DNA of 64,000 nucleotides from Escherichia coli (GTDB lineage Bacteria; Pseudomonadota; Gammaproteobacteria; Enterobacterales; Enterobacteriaceae): NCBI RefSeq assembly GCF_001677475.2, contig NZ_CP015229.1; one strand, 5' to 3'. Shown piece by piece: positions 48,426 to 57,855 of this stretch (position 1 is its first letter; each line of letters starts with the position of its first letter). The notes under the pieces were generated by a model. It saw only the letters and a program-made list of their open reading frames with translations, ran no database searches and was not told where the DNA came from. The position numbers and the translations under genes were made by a program.

Positions 48426-48755
48426 ATGAATTTGCAAGAAATAAAAAATAAAGTCTTATCTCTTCCTACAATAATGAATTTAGCGGATGAGCTATTAATA
48501 ATTGACGAGTTGATGACTATTGATGTTAATGATTTGATTGAAAATCAAGATATCTTTAAATCTATTATAGATGCATTAGAATTATCACATATTGATTCTG
48601 GGTTTATGGAGTTAACAGAAGAAAATGAGAGTTCATTTATAAACTTCTACAAATGGCTTAATAAAACAAATAATAAATTTAACTTGGGAATAAATGCTAA
48701 CACTATAGATAGTTTTAGTTTGACTGTTGAAGATGTGAAAAAAATGATGTTATAG
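48426..48755 (+). CDS. Putative Rhs immunity protein
   Basis: 109 aa, strongly AT-rich, ATG 11 nt after the rhs stop (ORF-track start 48327 is an in-frame upstream extension inside rhs). Confidence 0.55.
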   Translation: MNLQEIKNKVLSLPTIMNLADELLIIDELMTIDVNDLIENQDIFKSIIDALELSHIDSGFMELTEENESSFINFYKWLNKTNNKFNLGINANTIDSFSLTVEDVKKMML

Positions 48756-48800
48756 ATAAAATATAAAGCCGGGAATATGATCTCCCGGCTTTTTTATTAT

Positions 48801-49130
48801 TCAACTCTCGTTCAGTACACTAAACATCCCGTTCCGCATCCCCTTAACCACCTGTTTAACCTGATAAAGCTCCTCCCGCAGTTCCTGCATCTCGTCACTG
48901 TCAGCGATGATGGTCAGGCACCCATCCGAGATCTTTACAGTCACGCCTGTCCCGGTATCAAATCCCGCCTCTTTCAGCCAGTCGCCCTTAAGGTGCAGGC
49001 TGGGGTGTTGTGAATAATACCGGGCTATACCGGTTGTGCGATCTTCGTGGCGGGCTCTGACATAGCCGACTTTATAGCGGCGCTGTGTTTTGGAAATGGT
49101 GACTTCTGGCGTAATATCGTGTTCAGCCAT
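48801..49130 (-). CDS. SymE-like type I toxin family protein (AbrB/SpoVT-fold)
   Basis: 109 aa; core ...SLHLKGDWLKEAGFDTGTGVTVKISDGCLTI... resembles E. coli SymE; paralogue at 51319-51648. Confidence 0.6.
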   Translation of the reverse strand: MAEHDITPEVTISKTQRRYKVGYVRARHEDRTTGIARYYSQHPSLHLKGDWLKEAGFDTGTGVTVKISDGCLTIIADSDEMQELREELYQVKQVVKGMRNGMFSVLNES

Positions 49131-49204
49131 GATTAACTACCTCGATTAGTTGCTTGTGGTGAGCGGCTGTTACAGGCGGCAACCTGTAGCAGTCGCGTTA
49201 AATA

Positions 49205-49434
49205 TCAACGCATTACCTTCATTACCTGCTTCATCTTCTCCTGCGTGATCGCCATATCCAGAATGCGGCAGATCACTTCCTGATCGTCTGCTTTAAGCTC
49301 ATCAACCTGCTTACACAGTTCCTTTAACCGCTTGTTTTTAATATCGAAAACAGGAGCGGTGGAACCTTCTTCACCCAACAGCAGGTGGTCAATACTGACT
49401 TCCAGAAGCTGGGCCAGCTTAATGATGTAATCAG
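49205..49434 (-). pseudogene. 3' fragment of an XRE-family HTH regulator gene, truncated by H-repeat insertion
   Basis: Minus-strand translation DYIIKLAQLLEVSIDHLLLGEEG... (about 76 codons to stop at 49207-49205) starts abruptly at the H-repeat boundary; no start codon. Confidence 0.45.
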
Positions 49435-49436
49435 GG

Positions 49437-50720
49437 AAAGATCACGTAATGCTGCTTTTTTGTACTAAACAATTCGCATTTTATGTTTAAAAATTGAGAT
49501 ATTCCTCATTACATAAAGCTGTTTTTTATTGCTTATACATGATCAAATACTCCTTACATAATTAAGGAGAACAAAATGGAACTTAAAAAATTGATGGAAC
49601 ATATTTCTATTATCCCCGATTACAGACAAGCCTGGAAAGTGGAACATAAATTATCGGATATTCTACTGTTGACTATTTGTGCCGTTATTTCGGGTGCAGA
49701 AGGCTGGGAAGATATAGAGGATTTTGGGGAAACACATCTCGATTTTTTGAAGCAATATGGTGATTTTGATAATGGTATTCCTGTTCACGATACCATTGCC
49801 AGAGTTGTATCCTGTATCAGTCCTGCAAAATTTCACGAGTGCTTTATTAACTGGATGCGTGACTGCCATTCTTCAGATGATAAAGACGTCATCGCAATTG
49901 ATGGAAAAACGCTCCGGCATTCTTATGACAAGAGTCGCCGCAGGGGAGCGATTCATGTCATTAGTGCGTTCTCAACAATGCACAGTCTGGTCATCGGACA
50001 GATCAGGACGGATGAGAAATCAAATGAAATTACAGCTATCCCTGAACTTCTTAACATGCTGGATATTAAAGGAAAAATCATCACAACTGATGCGATGGGT
50101 TGCCAGAAAGATATTGCAGAGAAGATACAAAAACAGGGAGGTGATTATTTATTCGCTGTAAAAGGAAACCAGGGGCGGCTAAATAAAGCCTTTGAGGAAA
50201 AATTCCCACTGAAAGAATTAAATAATCCAGAGCATGACAGTTACGCAATTAGTGAAAAGAGTCACGGCAGAGAAGAAATCCGTCTTCACATTGTTTGCGA
50301 TGTCCCTGATGAACTTATTGATTTCACGTTTGAATGGAAAGGACTGAAGAAATTATGCGTGGCAGTCTCCTTTCGGTCAATAATAGCAGAACAAAAGAAA
50401 GAGCCAGAAATGACGGTCAGATATTATATCAGTTCTGCTGATTTAACCGCAGAGAAGTTCGCCACAGCAATCCGAAACCACTGGCACGTGGAGAATAAGC
50501 TGCACTGGCGTCTGGACGTGGTAATGAATGAAGACGACTGCAAAATAAGAAGAGGAAACGCCGCAGAATTATTTTCAGGGATACGGCACATCGCTATTAA
50601 TATTTTAACGAATGATAAGGTATTCAAGGCAGGGTTAAGACGTAAGATGCGAAAAGCAGCCATGGACAGAAACTATCTCGCGTCAGTCCTTGCGGGGAGC
50701 GGGCTTTCGTAATCTTGCCC
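49437..50720 (+). mobile_element. H-repeat element (ISAs1-family insertion sequence), apparently intact
   Basis: Left boundary defined by identity between the two copies starting GGAAAGATCACGTAA (49437 and 51748); right boundary approximate. Confidence 0.6.
49576..50712 (+). CDS. H repeat-associated protein (ISAs1-family transposase)
   Basis: 378 aa, same length and character as E. coli H-rpt proteins (YhhI/YdcC family); Rhs-linked location. Confidence 0.8.
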   Translation: MELKKLMEHISIIPDYRQAWKVEHKLSDILLLTICAVISGAEGWEDIEDFGETHLDFLKQYGDFDNGIPVHDTIARVVSCISPAKFHECFINWMRDCHSSDDKDVIAIDGKTLRHSYDKSRRRGAIHVISAFSTMHSLVIGQIRTDEKSNEITAIPELLNMLDIKGKIITTDAMGCQKDIAEKIQKQGGDYLFAVKGNQGRLNKAFEEKFPLKELNNPEHDSYAISEKSHGREEIRLHIVCDVPDELIDFTFEWKGLKKLCVAVSFRSIIAEQKKEPEMTVRYYISSADLTAEKFATAIRNHWHVENKLHWRLDVVMNEDDCKIRRGNAAELFSGIRHIAINILTNDKVFKAGLRRKMRKAAMDRNYLASVLAGSGLS

Positions 50721-50736
50721 TGACCATCTGACGGAT

Positions 50737-50922
50737 GTGGCTGGTAATCCATCAAACATTGCTAATAGATTTTCAAAGGTCATTGATGGAAAAGATGTTC
50801 AGTTTGTTACTAAGGACTCTTTATTTGCCGGGCCGAGCGGTAAGTTTGCGCAATTTGAATCTACTTGGCAGGTTTTGGATAATGGTTCATTACGATTAAC
50901 AACAGTGATCCCGAAATTATGA
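50737..50922 (+). CDS. Orphan toxin C-terminal fragment (remnant)
   Basis: 61 codons from GTG; frame is open back to the H-rpt stop; AT-rich; stop overlaps the next ATG. Confidence 0.35.
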   Translation: MAGNPSNIANRFSKVIDGKDVQFVTKDSLFAGPSGKFAQFESTWQVLDNGSLRLTTVIPKL

Positions 50923-51239
50923 TTAGAGAATTTGAAGAGAAAATGTCTGATTTGTTTGGTGTTGATGCAACATCATTCGATCCTGAATATGCGCAGTGGA
51001 CATATTTATTTAAGAAGGGTTTATTTTCACTTGAATTTGTTTATGCTCTGGATAAAACAATATCTACGGCTTTATATTATAATGAAAATTTATTGTCTTT
51101 TTATTTTGCCAATGGTCTGGAACACCTTAGCATAGAAGACAATAAAATTCATGGTGTTATTGTTAAAGGTAATACAACCAGAAAACTAGAGATAGATCCA
51201 TTAAATTTAATTATAAAATGGGAAGATTCATTAATATAA
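50919..51239 (+). CDS. Putative orphan immunity protein
   Basis: 106 aa, AT-rich, ATGA overlap with the upstream fragment. Confidence 0.4.
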   Translation: MIREFEEKMSDLFGVDATSFDPEYAQWTYLFKKGLFSLEFVYALDKTISTALYYNENLLSFYFANGLEHLSIEDNKIHGVIVKGNTTRKLEIDPLNLIIKWEDSLI

Positions 51240-51318
51240 TGATTGCAATATTCCATTTCAATAAGAAATAACCAATAAAAAGCCGGAGTGCTATTAAATC
51301 TTCCGGCTTTTTTATTAT

Positions 51319-51648
51319 TTAATTCTCGTTCAGCACACTAAACATCCCGTTCCGCATCCCCTTAACCACCTGTTTAACCTGATAAAGTTCCTTCCTCAGT
51401 TCCTGCACCTCGTCGCGCTCCGCAATCAGGATCAGGCACCCCTCCGAGATTTTCACAGTCACGCCCGTCCCGGTATCAAATCCCGCCTCAGCGAGCCAGT
51501 CGCCTTTAAGGTGCAGGCTGGGGTGCCGTGAATAATACGTGGTCATGCCTGTTTTACTGTTCTGATGGCGGGCGCTGACATAGCCCACCTGATACTGGCG
51601 CTGTGTTTTGGAAATGGCGACTTCTGGCGTAATATCGTGTTCAGCCAT
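51319..51648 (-). CDS. SymE-like type I toxin family protein (second copy)
   Basis: 109 aa, about 80 percent identical to the 48801-49130 product. Confidence 0.6.
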   Translation of the reverse strand: MAEHDITPEVAISKTQRQYQVGYVSARHQNSKTGMTTYYSRHPSLHLKGDWLAEAGFDTGTGVTVKISEGCLILIAERDEVQELRKELYQVKQVVKGMRNGMFSVLNEN

Positions 51649-51747
51649 GATTAACTACCTCTGTTAGTTGCTTGTGGTGAGCAGATTGTCAGTGTTGGTA
51701 GCACTGGCAATCTGCGTTAAAAATCAGTGTATTACTCTCTTTTCCAT

Positions 51748-52440
51748 GGAAAGATCACGTAACGCTGCTTTTTTGTACTAAATAATTCGCATTTTATGTT
51801 TAAAAATTGAGATATTCCTCATTACCTAAAGCTGTTTTTTTATTGCTTATACATGATCAAATACTCCTTACATAATTAAGGAGAACAAAATGGAACTTAA
51901 AAAATTGATGGAACATATTTCTATTATCCCCGATTACAGACAAGCCTGGAAAGTGGAACATAAATTATCGGATATTCTACTGTTGACTATTTGTGCCGTT
52001 ATTTCGGGTGCAGAAGGCTGGGAAGATATAGAGGATTTTGGGGAAACACATCTCGATTTTTTGAAGCAATGTGGTGATTTTGATAATGGTATTCCTGTTC
52101 ACGATACCATTGCCAGAGTTGTATCCTGTATCAGTCCTGAAAAATTTCATGAGTGCTTTATTAACTGGATGCTTGACTGCCATTCTTCAGATGATAAAGA
52201 CGTCATTGCAATTGATGGAAAAACGCTCCGGTACTCTTATGACAAGAGTCGTCGCAAGGGAGCGATTCACGTTATTAGTGTGTTCTCAATAATGCACAGT
52301 CAGATTCCTTGGAAGATCAAGACGAATAAAAAAACAATGAGATTACAGCTGTTTCTGAATTTCTTAACATAATGGGTATTAAAGGAAAAATAATTGCACC
52401 GATCCAATGTGATACCAGAAAGACATCGCTAAGAAGATAG
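51748..52440 (+). pseudogene. Truncated H-repeat element (ISAs1-family transposase pseudogene)
   Basis: ORF 51890-52372 matches the first 146 aa of the intact copy, then diverges into a premature stop; remaining sequence degenerate. Confidence 0.65.
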
Positions 52441-52513
52441 CTATAGACAATTATTACCCTCCGTCAGCCCTTGTTAAGCGAGGAGAGACGTAATCTGTCC
52501 AGTCCCCTAATGC

Positions 52514-53611
52514 TTATAAAGCCCATCGATTTCGCCCACTTTCTTTCGCCCGGTATAACGCAGCGTCGGCATCTGAAATAATTTGTTCAGCCGTTTTTGC
52601 GGGAGCAGAACAGGTAATCCCCTGACTAACCGTAACGAATGCATTAACAGCAGATGCCTGATGTGGGATAGCTGCCAGTTTAAGTTCTTGCTTCACTCTG
52701 GCTGCTACCGTCTCTGCTTCCGGCAATGTTGCATTAAAAAGTATGATGGCAAACTCTTCGCCACCATAACGGACAACAACATCCTCCGACTGGCGAGTTG
52801 AACGCTGTAGAGCGTCGGCAACTTGTATTAGACAACGATCCCCAGCAGGATGCCCGTAAGTGTCGTTGTAACGTTTAAAAAAATCGACATCCAGCATAAT
52901 AAGAGCAAATGACCCGCCGTTATCTATCGCGTCGTGTAAGATACTGTTCATTGCACGTCGGTTTGCTATCCCAGTTAAAGGATCACGATGTGCTAATGCA
53001 TCAAGGCGATTAATTAACTGGTTGTTATAACTGTTTTGTACCCATGCTTCTTCAAACCAACGTAACAAAATGAGTCGCCCACCATATAGCGCCAGTGAAA
53101 AAATACACCATACAACAGCAAAATGAATATTGATCTGTTGATTAAGCATAAGACTCGCTATTGGAGTGGTGAACCATAAGGGAATGACAAATGCGAGCAA
53201 TGATGGGGTATGGAAATAAAGTGCGACAACGCCACTAAGCATTAATAATACACATAGTGGATAAGCAAACTGCAGCGTCCAGTACGCAATAAAGTGATAA
53301 CTACACCATGACCATAGCAGGCTCAGGGCAACTAATAGCACCTGGATAGGTAATGTTTTTTGCCGAGGGATGAGTAGTAAACCACTGCAAATCAGCAGAA
53401 TACCCGTTGCAGATATATCAATAGAATGTATAAGGCTTTTTTCATTTAACCAGGGTGGAGTAAGGTCATTAAACAGAACACGGCGCAGCAAAATTATCAA
53501 TGCAAAACTGACATTGATAAAAGCAAACCATGGCAAACTAATCGTCATGCCGCGAATAACCATATCGCGGCGGGTTTTCCATGAGTGATGCGTTTTTCTT
53601 CGTTCAGCCAT
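52514..53611 (-). CDS. Membrane-anchored GGDEF-domain diguanylate cyclase
   Basis: 365 aa; N-terminal multi-TM region; C-terminal GGDEF domain with RYGGEEF active-site motif. Confidence 0.8.
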   Translation of the reverse strand: MAERRKTHHSWKTRRDMVIRGMTISLPWFAFINVSFALIILLRRVLFNDLTPPWLNEKSLIHSIDISATGILLICSGLLLIPRQKTLPIQVLLVALSLLWSWCSYHFIAYWTLQFAYPLCVLLMLSGVVALYFHTPSLLAFVIPLWFTTPIASLMLNQQINIHFAVVWCIFSLALYGGRLILLRWFEEAWVQNSYNNQLINRLDALAHRDPLTGIANRRAMNSILHDAIDNGGSFALIMLDVDFFKRYNDTYGHPAGDRCLIQVADALQRSTRQSEDVVVRYGGEEFAIILFNATLPEAETVAARVKQELKLAAIPHQASAVNAFVTVSQGITCSAPAKTAEQIISDADAALYRAKESGRNRWAL

Positions 53612-53657
53612 TTTTTAACCAAAAAAGGGCAGGATACCTGCCCGGTATGCAGTAAAT

Positions 53658-55634
53658 TTATGGTGTCACTATATTGAACCAAAATTCAAAATTATCCATA
53701 TAACCTAACAGCTCGTTGAGTTTTTCCGCATTGCCAGTAATTTTGACATCTCCTTTGGCCGTGGCTTCTTTCAGCGTCTCTTCTTTCAGTACAATTTTGT
53801 TCAATACATCACGAGACAGAGTGATAGTGGCATCAGCATCCGAAGCCTCTACACCAGCGGTATGATTGAGAACACCATTTTCAAGCTCCACTTTATAGGT
53901 GCCGCCATCTTCACCAAAATCGAAATTCAACACGGTTTTGGCATCTGCCGCTTTCTCACCATTAATATGGACGGCAAGATAATCAAAGAACATCTCCGGC
54001 GTCATCGCACGCACGGTGTCTGGGCTGGCAGTATTTGGTGTTGGTAATTTTTGTACGCCATTACGCAATTCCTGTGCGCCAGTGAGATAGAAATTACGCC
54101 ACGGCCCAGATTCAGCCTGATAGCCTAACTGCTCAAGCGCATCAGCTTCCAGATCTCTCGCTGCCTGGTTGTTTGGATCGGCAAACACCACCTTACTAAC
54201 AACTTGGGCAACCCAGCGGAAATTACCCTGGTCATAATCCTGTTTGGCTTTCTGTAAAATGGTATCAGCACCGCCCATATACTCGACGAATTTTTTTGCG
54301 CCTTCTTCTGGCGGCAGTTCATCAAGCGTCGCGGGGTTACCATCAAACCAGCCGAGATAAAGCACGTAAGTTGCTTTCACGTCATGACTTACCGAACCGT
54401 AATAGCCGCGATTCGCCCAGGTGTTAGCCAGTGAAGAGGGCAGTTTAAAGTTTGCGGCAATTTCATCACGGGTCTTCCCTTGATTAGCCATGCGCAGAGT
54501 TTGATCATTGATGTAACGATACAAATCACGCTGGCTTTTAAGCAGTTTGACCACGTTATCGTTGCCCCAGGTTGGCCAGTGATGTTGAGCGAGAATAATC
54601 TCGGCTTTATCACCCCACAAATTGAGAGCTTCATTAATATATTTTGACCACGGCAGCGGTTGGCGAATTTTAGCCCCACGCAGCGAATAGGTGTTATGAA
54701 GGGTGTGCGTGACATCTTCAGCGGTTTCGATCAGTTTCTTTTCTTCAATAAACCACAGCATTTCAGAAGGCGCTTCAGAACCTGGCGCCATCAGGAAATC
54801 ATAAGTCAACCCGTCAATAGTTTCTTTTTGTCCGGTTTTGGTGATGTAGTTAGTAGGAGCAATCAACGTGACTGTTCCTGCTGAAGTAGTCGTTCCCAGT
54901 CCAGCCCCCACCTGGCCTTTAACATCAGGTTTCAATAAGTTGCCATACATATAACTGGCTCGTCGGCTCATAACATTGCCAGCCATGATGTTTTCGGAAA
55001 CGGCTTCCTCCAAAAATCCGGCTGGCGCATAGATTTTAACTTTGCCTGATTTAACGTCAGCTTCATCAATTACGCCACGAACACCACCGTAGTGATCGAC
55101 ATGACTGTGTGTATAGATAACCGCCACTACCGGTTTTTTGCCGCGATTTTTGTAATAGAGATCCATACCCACTTTGGCTGTTTCTGCTGAAACAAGGGGA
55201 TCAACGACGGTAATACCCTCTTTGCCTTCAATGATGGTCATATTTGATAGATCGAGATTGCGAATCTGATAGACACCTTCAGTTACTTCGAATAACCCGC
55301 TGATATTTATCAGTTGCGCCTGACGCCATAAACTCGGATTCACCGTATCAGGGGCTTTATCGCCTTCTTTGATAAAAGCGTATTGTTGTGGATCCCAGAT
55401 AACATTCCCTTGTTCGCCCTTAATCACGTCTTGAGGAATAGGGGCAATAAAACCTTTATGGGCATCAGTAAAGTCAGTGTTATCGGCAAACGGCAACTGG
55501 TTGTAGAGTAAATTGTTTGCTTGTTGCGTGGCTGCGGTGGCGTCTTTAGGAGCTTCCGCCGCGAGGAGAGGTAAAGAACTGGTGGTGAATAATCCCGTTA
55601 TTAGCAGACTTTTAACGATATGATTAAGCTGCAT
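53658..55634 (-). CDS. Alkyl/aryl-sulfatase-like metallo-beta-lactamase-fold hydrolase (YjcS-like), secreted
   Basis: 658 aa; N-terminal signal peptide; MBL motif THSHVDHYGG. Confidence 0.75.
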   Translation of the reverse strand: MQLNHIVKSLLITGLFTTSSLPLLAAEAPKDATAATQQANNLLYNQLPFADNTDFTDAHKGFIAPIPQDVIKGEQGNVIWDPQQYAFIKEGDKAPDTVNPSLWRQAQLINISGLFEVTEGVYQIRNLDLSNMTIIEGKEGITVVDPLVSAETAKVGMDLYYKNRGKKPVVAVIYTHSHVDHYGGVRGVIDEADVKSGKVKIYAPAGFLEEAVSENIMAGNVMSRRASYMYGNLLKPDVKGQVGAGLGTTTSAGTVTLIAPTNYITKTGQKETIDGLTYDFLMAPGSEAPSEMLWFIEEKKLIETAEDVTHTLHNTYSLRGAKIRQPLPWSKYINEALNLWGDKAEIILAQHHWPTWGNDNVVKLLKSQRDLYRYINDQTLRMANQGKTRDEIAANFKLPSSLANTWANRGYYGSVSHDVKATYVLYLGWFDGNPATLDELPPEEGAKKFVEYMGGADTILQKAKQDYDQGNFRWVAQVVSKVVFADPNNQAARDLEADALEQLGYQAESGPWRNFYLTGAQELRNGVQKLPTPNTASPDTVRAMTPEMFFDYLAVHINGEKAADAKTVLNFDFGEDGGTYKVELENGVLNHTAGVEASDADATITLSRDVLNKIVLKEETLKEATAKGDVKITGNAEKLNELLGYMDNFEFWFNIVTP

Positions 55635-55939
55635 CTTAAGCGTCTCCAGAATGGATTTTTATTGGAGGTAATTACGGATGAAAATTTTTAGTGAGGGCAA
55701 GAATAACTATAATGGGCGTTAACAAATTGGCAAGCCGGGAACTTGATGTTTTCTTAATGGCATGTTGGCGAAGAATATATTCTGCAAGTTAACGTTTTCA
55801 TTGGCGCTTTATTTAAAAGTGTGTAGTACAAATATGTACAATTTCAAGTAGGCATTATTGCCGTAAAAACGCATTACCGGACACACGACATTCACAACGT
55901 GTGTTAATTTTACTGACATCTTTCAAAAGGAGCACAATC

Positions 55940-56167
55940 ATGCCGCACATAGACATTAAATGTTTTCCGCGTGAACTGGACGAACAACAAAAAGCAGCAC
56001 TTGCTGCAGATATTACCGACGTTATTATTCGCCATCTGAACAGTAAAGATAGCTCGATAAGCATTTCTCTACAGCAGATTCAACCAGAATCTTGGCAAGC
56101 TATCTGGGATGCCGAAATCGAGCCCCAAATGGAGGCTTTGATAAAGAAACCCGGTTACAGCATGTAA
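55940..56167 (+). CDS. pptA: Tautomerase PptA (4-oxalocrotonate tautomerase homologue)
   Basis: ATG 55940 gives [33 protein letters not shown]..., matching E. coli PptA as I recall it; ORF-track start 55901 is upstream alternative. Confidence 0.85.
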   Translation: MPHIDIKCFPRELDEQQKAALAADITDVIIRHLNSKDSSISISLQQIQPESWQAIWDAEIEPQMEALIKKPGYSM

Positions 56168-56170
56168 TGC

Positions 56171-56740
56171 TTAACCTGCCGTAACACGCTTGCCGCTGGT
56201 AACAAATGTGCCAGCACCTAAATGATGCAACGTATTGAGTTTATCATCATCAAACTGCCAGCGGCCTTCGACAAATACCCGTGCGTCTGCCGCTGCTGAT
56301 ACTACCTCGCCAAACAGAGTGTCGTATTTTTCTTGCGCAGAAGTCGCAGGTAGCAGGCGACACTCCATCCACGCCAGACATTTTTCCTCGACCAGCGGCA
56401 AACCAAGCACCGGACCTTTCACAACTGGAATACCATAGCAATTAAACTTATCTTCATCACGCCCCGACACACTTCCCACCGCCCACGTCCAGTTAGTTGC
56501 TGCAACACCCGGGATAACGATGCCAAACTTACCATTACGTTCAATCAACTCCCTGGTCCATGTCGATTTATCTACCACAATCGCCACGCGTGGCGGTTCA
56601 AACTCCACCGGCATCGACCAGGCTGCTGCCATAATGTTACGCCGCTGGGATTGCTCATCGAAACTGGTGATCAAGACAGTAGGTCCATGATTTAACAGAC
56701 GGCTGGCATGGTGTAATTCGACGGGAATGAATTGGCTCAC
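56171..56740 (-). CDS. yddH: Flavin reductase-like protein YddH
   Basis: 189 aa, conserved synteny pptA-yddH-nhoA-yddE-narV. Confidence 0.8.
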   Translation of the reverse strand: MSQFIPVELHHASRLLNHGPTVLITSFDEQSQRRNIMAAAWSMPVEFEPPRVAIVVDKSTWTRELIERNGKFGIVIPGVAATNWTWAVGSVSGRDEDKFNCYGIPVVKGPVLGLPLVEEKCLAWMECRLLPATSAQEKYDTLFGEVVSAAADARVFVEGRWQFDDDKLNTLHHLGAGTFVTSGKRVTAG

Positions 56741-56914
56741 GATAACGCCTCGCTATGAAGGGTGTTTTAAAAGCGTAGCTCGTAACGCAATAAGTAACGA
56801 AATTAACGGGATTGGCGATTTGCGAACGTGATGCATGTCCGCGATCGCACAAAATAGCCGGTGCGGCGTCTATTCCAGGTTATAAGTTGAGAAAACCACT
56901 AAGGGAAACGCCTG

Positions 56915-57760
56915 ATGACGCCCATTCTGAATCATTATTTTGCCCGTATTAACTGGTCGGGAGCTGCTGCGGCCAATATTGATACGCTGCGTGCATTGCA
57001 CCTGAAACACAATTACACCATTCCGTTTGAAAATCTCGACGTTTTGCTGCCGAGGGAAATACAGCTTGATGATCAATCGCTGGAAGAGAAACTGGTGATA
57101 GCCCGTCGTGGCGGTTACTGTTTTGAGCAGAATGGCGTGTTTGAGCGGGTGTTACGCGAGCTGGGGTTTAACGTTCGCAGCTTGTTAGGGCGCGTAGTGT
57201 TATCAAATCCGACAGCATTACCGCCGCGCACCCATCGTTTGCTGTTGGTGGAACTGGAAGGGGAAAAATGGATTGCTGATGTCGGTTTCGGTGGGCAGAC
57301 GCTAACCGCGCCGATTCGTTTAGTTTCCGATCTCGTGCAGACCACGCCACACGGAGAGTATCGGTTGTTGCAGGAGGGTGATGATTGGGTGTTGCAGTTT
57401 AATCATCATCAGCATTGGCAGTCGATGTACCGTTTTGATCTCTGCGAGCAGCAACAAAGCGATTATGTGATGGGCAATTTCTGGTCGGCGCACTGGCCGC
57501 AGTCGCATTTTCGCCATCATTTGCTGATGTGCCGCCATTTGCCGGACGGTGGCAAGCTGACACTGACCAATTTTCATTTTACCCATTATGAAAATGGGCA
57601 CGCGGTGGAGCAGCGAAATCTACCGGATGTGGCGTCGTTATATGCTGTGATGCAAGAACAGTTTGGTCTGGGCGTAGATGATGCGAAACATGGCTTTACT
57701 GTGGATGAGTTAGCGCTGGTGATGGCGGCGTTTGATACGCACCCGGAGGCGGGAAAATAA
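56915..57760 (+). CDS. nhoA: N-hydroxyarylamine O-acetyltransferase
   Basis: 281 aa; arylamine N-acetyltransferase family with catalytic Cys context (RGGYCFEQN); synteny. Confidence 0.9.
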   Translation: MTPILNHYFARINWSGAAAANIDTLRALHLKHNYTIPFENLDVLLPREIQLDDQSLEEKLVIARRGGYCFEQNGVFERVLRELGFNVRSLLGRVVLSNPTALPPRTHRLLLVELEGEKWIADVGFGGQTLTAPIRLVSDLVQTTPHGEYRLLQEGDDWVLQFNHHQHWQSMYRFDLCEQQQSDYVMGNFWSAHWPQSHFRHHLLMCRHLPDGGKLTLTNFHFTHYENGHAVEQRNLPDVASLYAVMQEQFGLGVDDAKHGFTVDELALVMAAFDTHPEAGK

Positions 57761-57771
57761 TTTATGTCAGG

Positions 57772-57852
57772 TTGCCGGATGTGGCGTAAACGCCTTATCC
57801 GGCATACATTAGCCCGGTTGTAGACCTGATAAGCGAAGCGCATCAGGCAACG
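57772..57852. repeat. REP (repetitive extragenic palindromic) elements
   Basis: TGCCGGATGTGGCGTAAACGCCTTATCCGGCATAC ... GCCTGATAAGCGAAGCGCATCAGGCA, classic enterobacterial REP units between convergent genes. Confidence 0.8.
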
Positions 57853-57855
57853 GTT

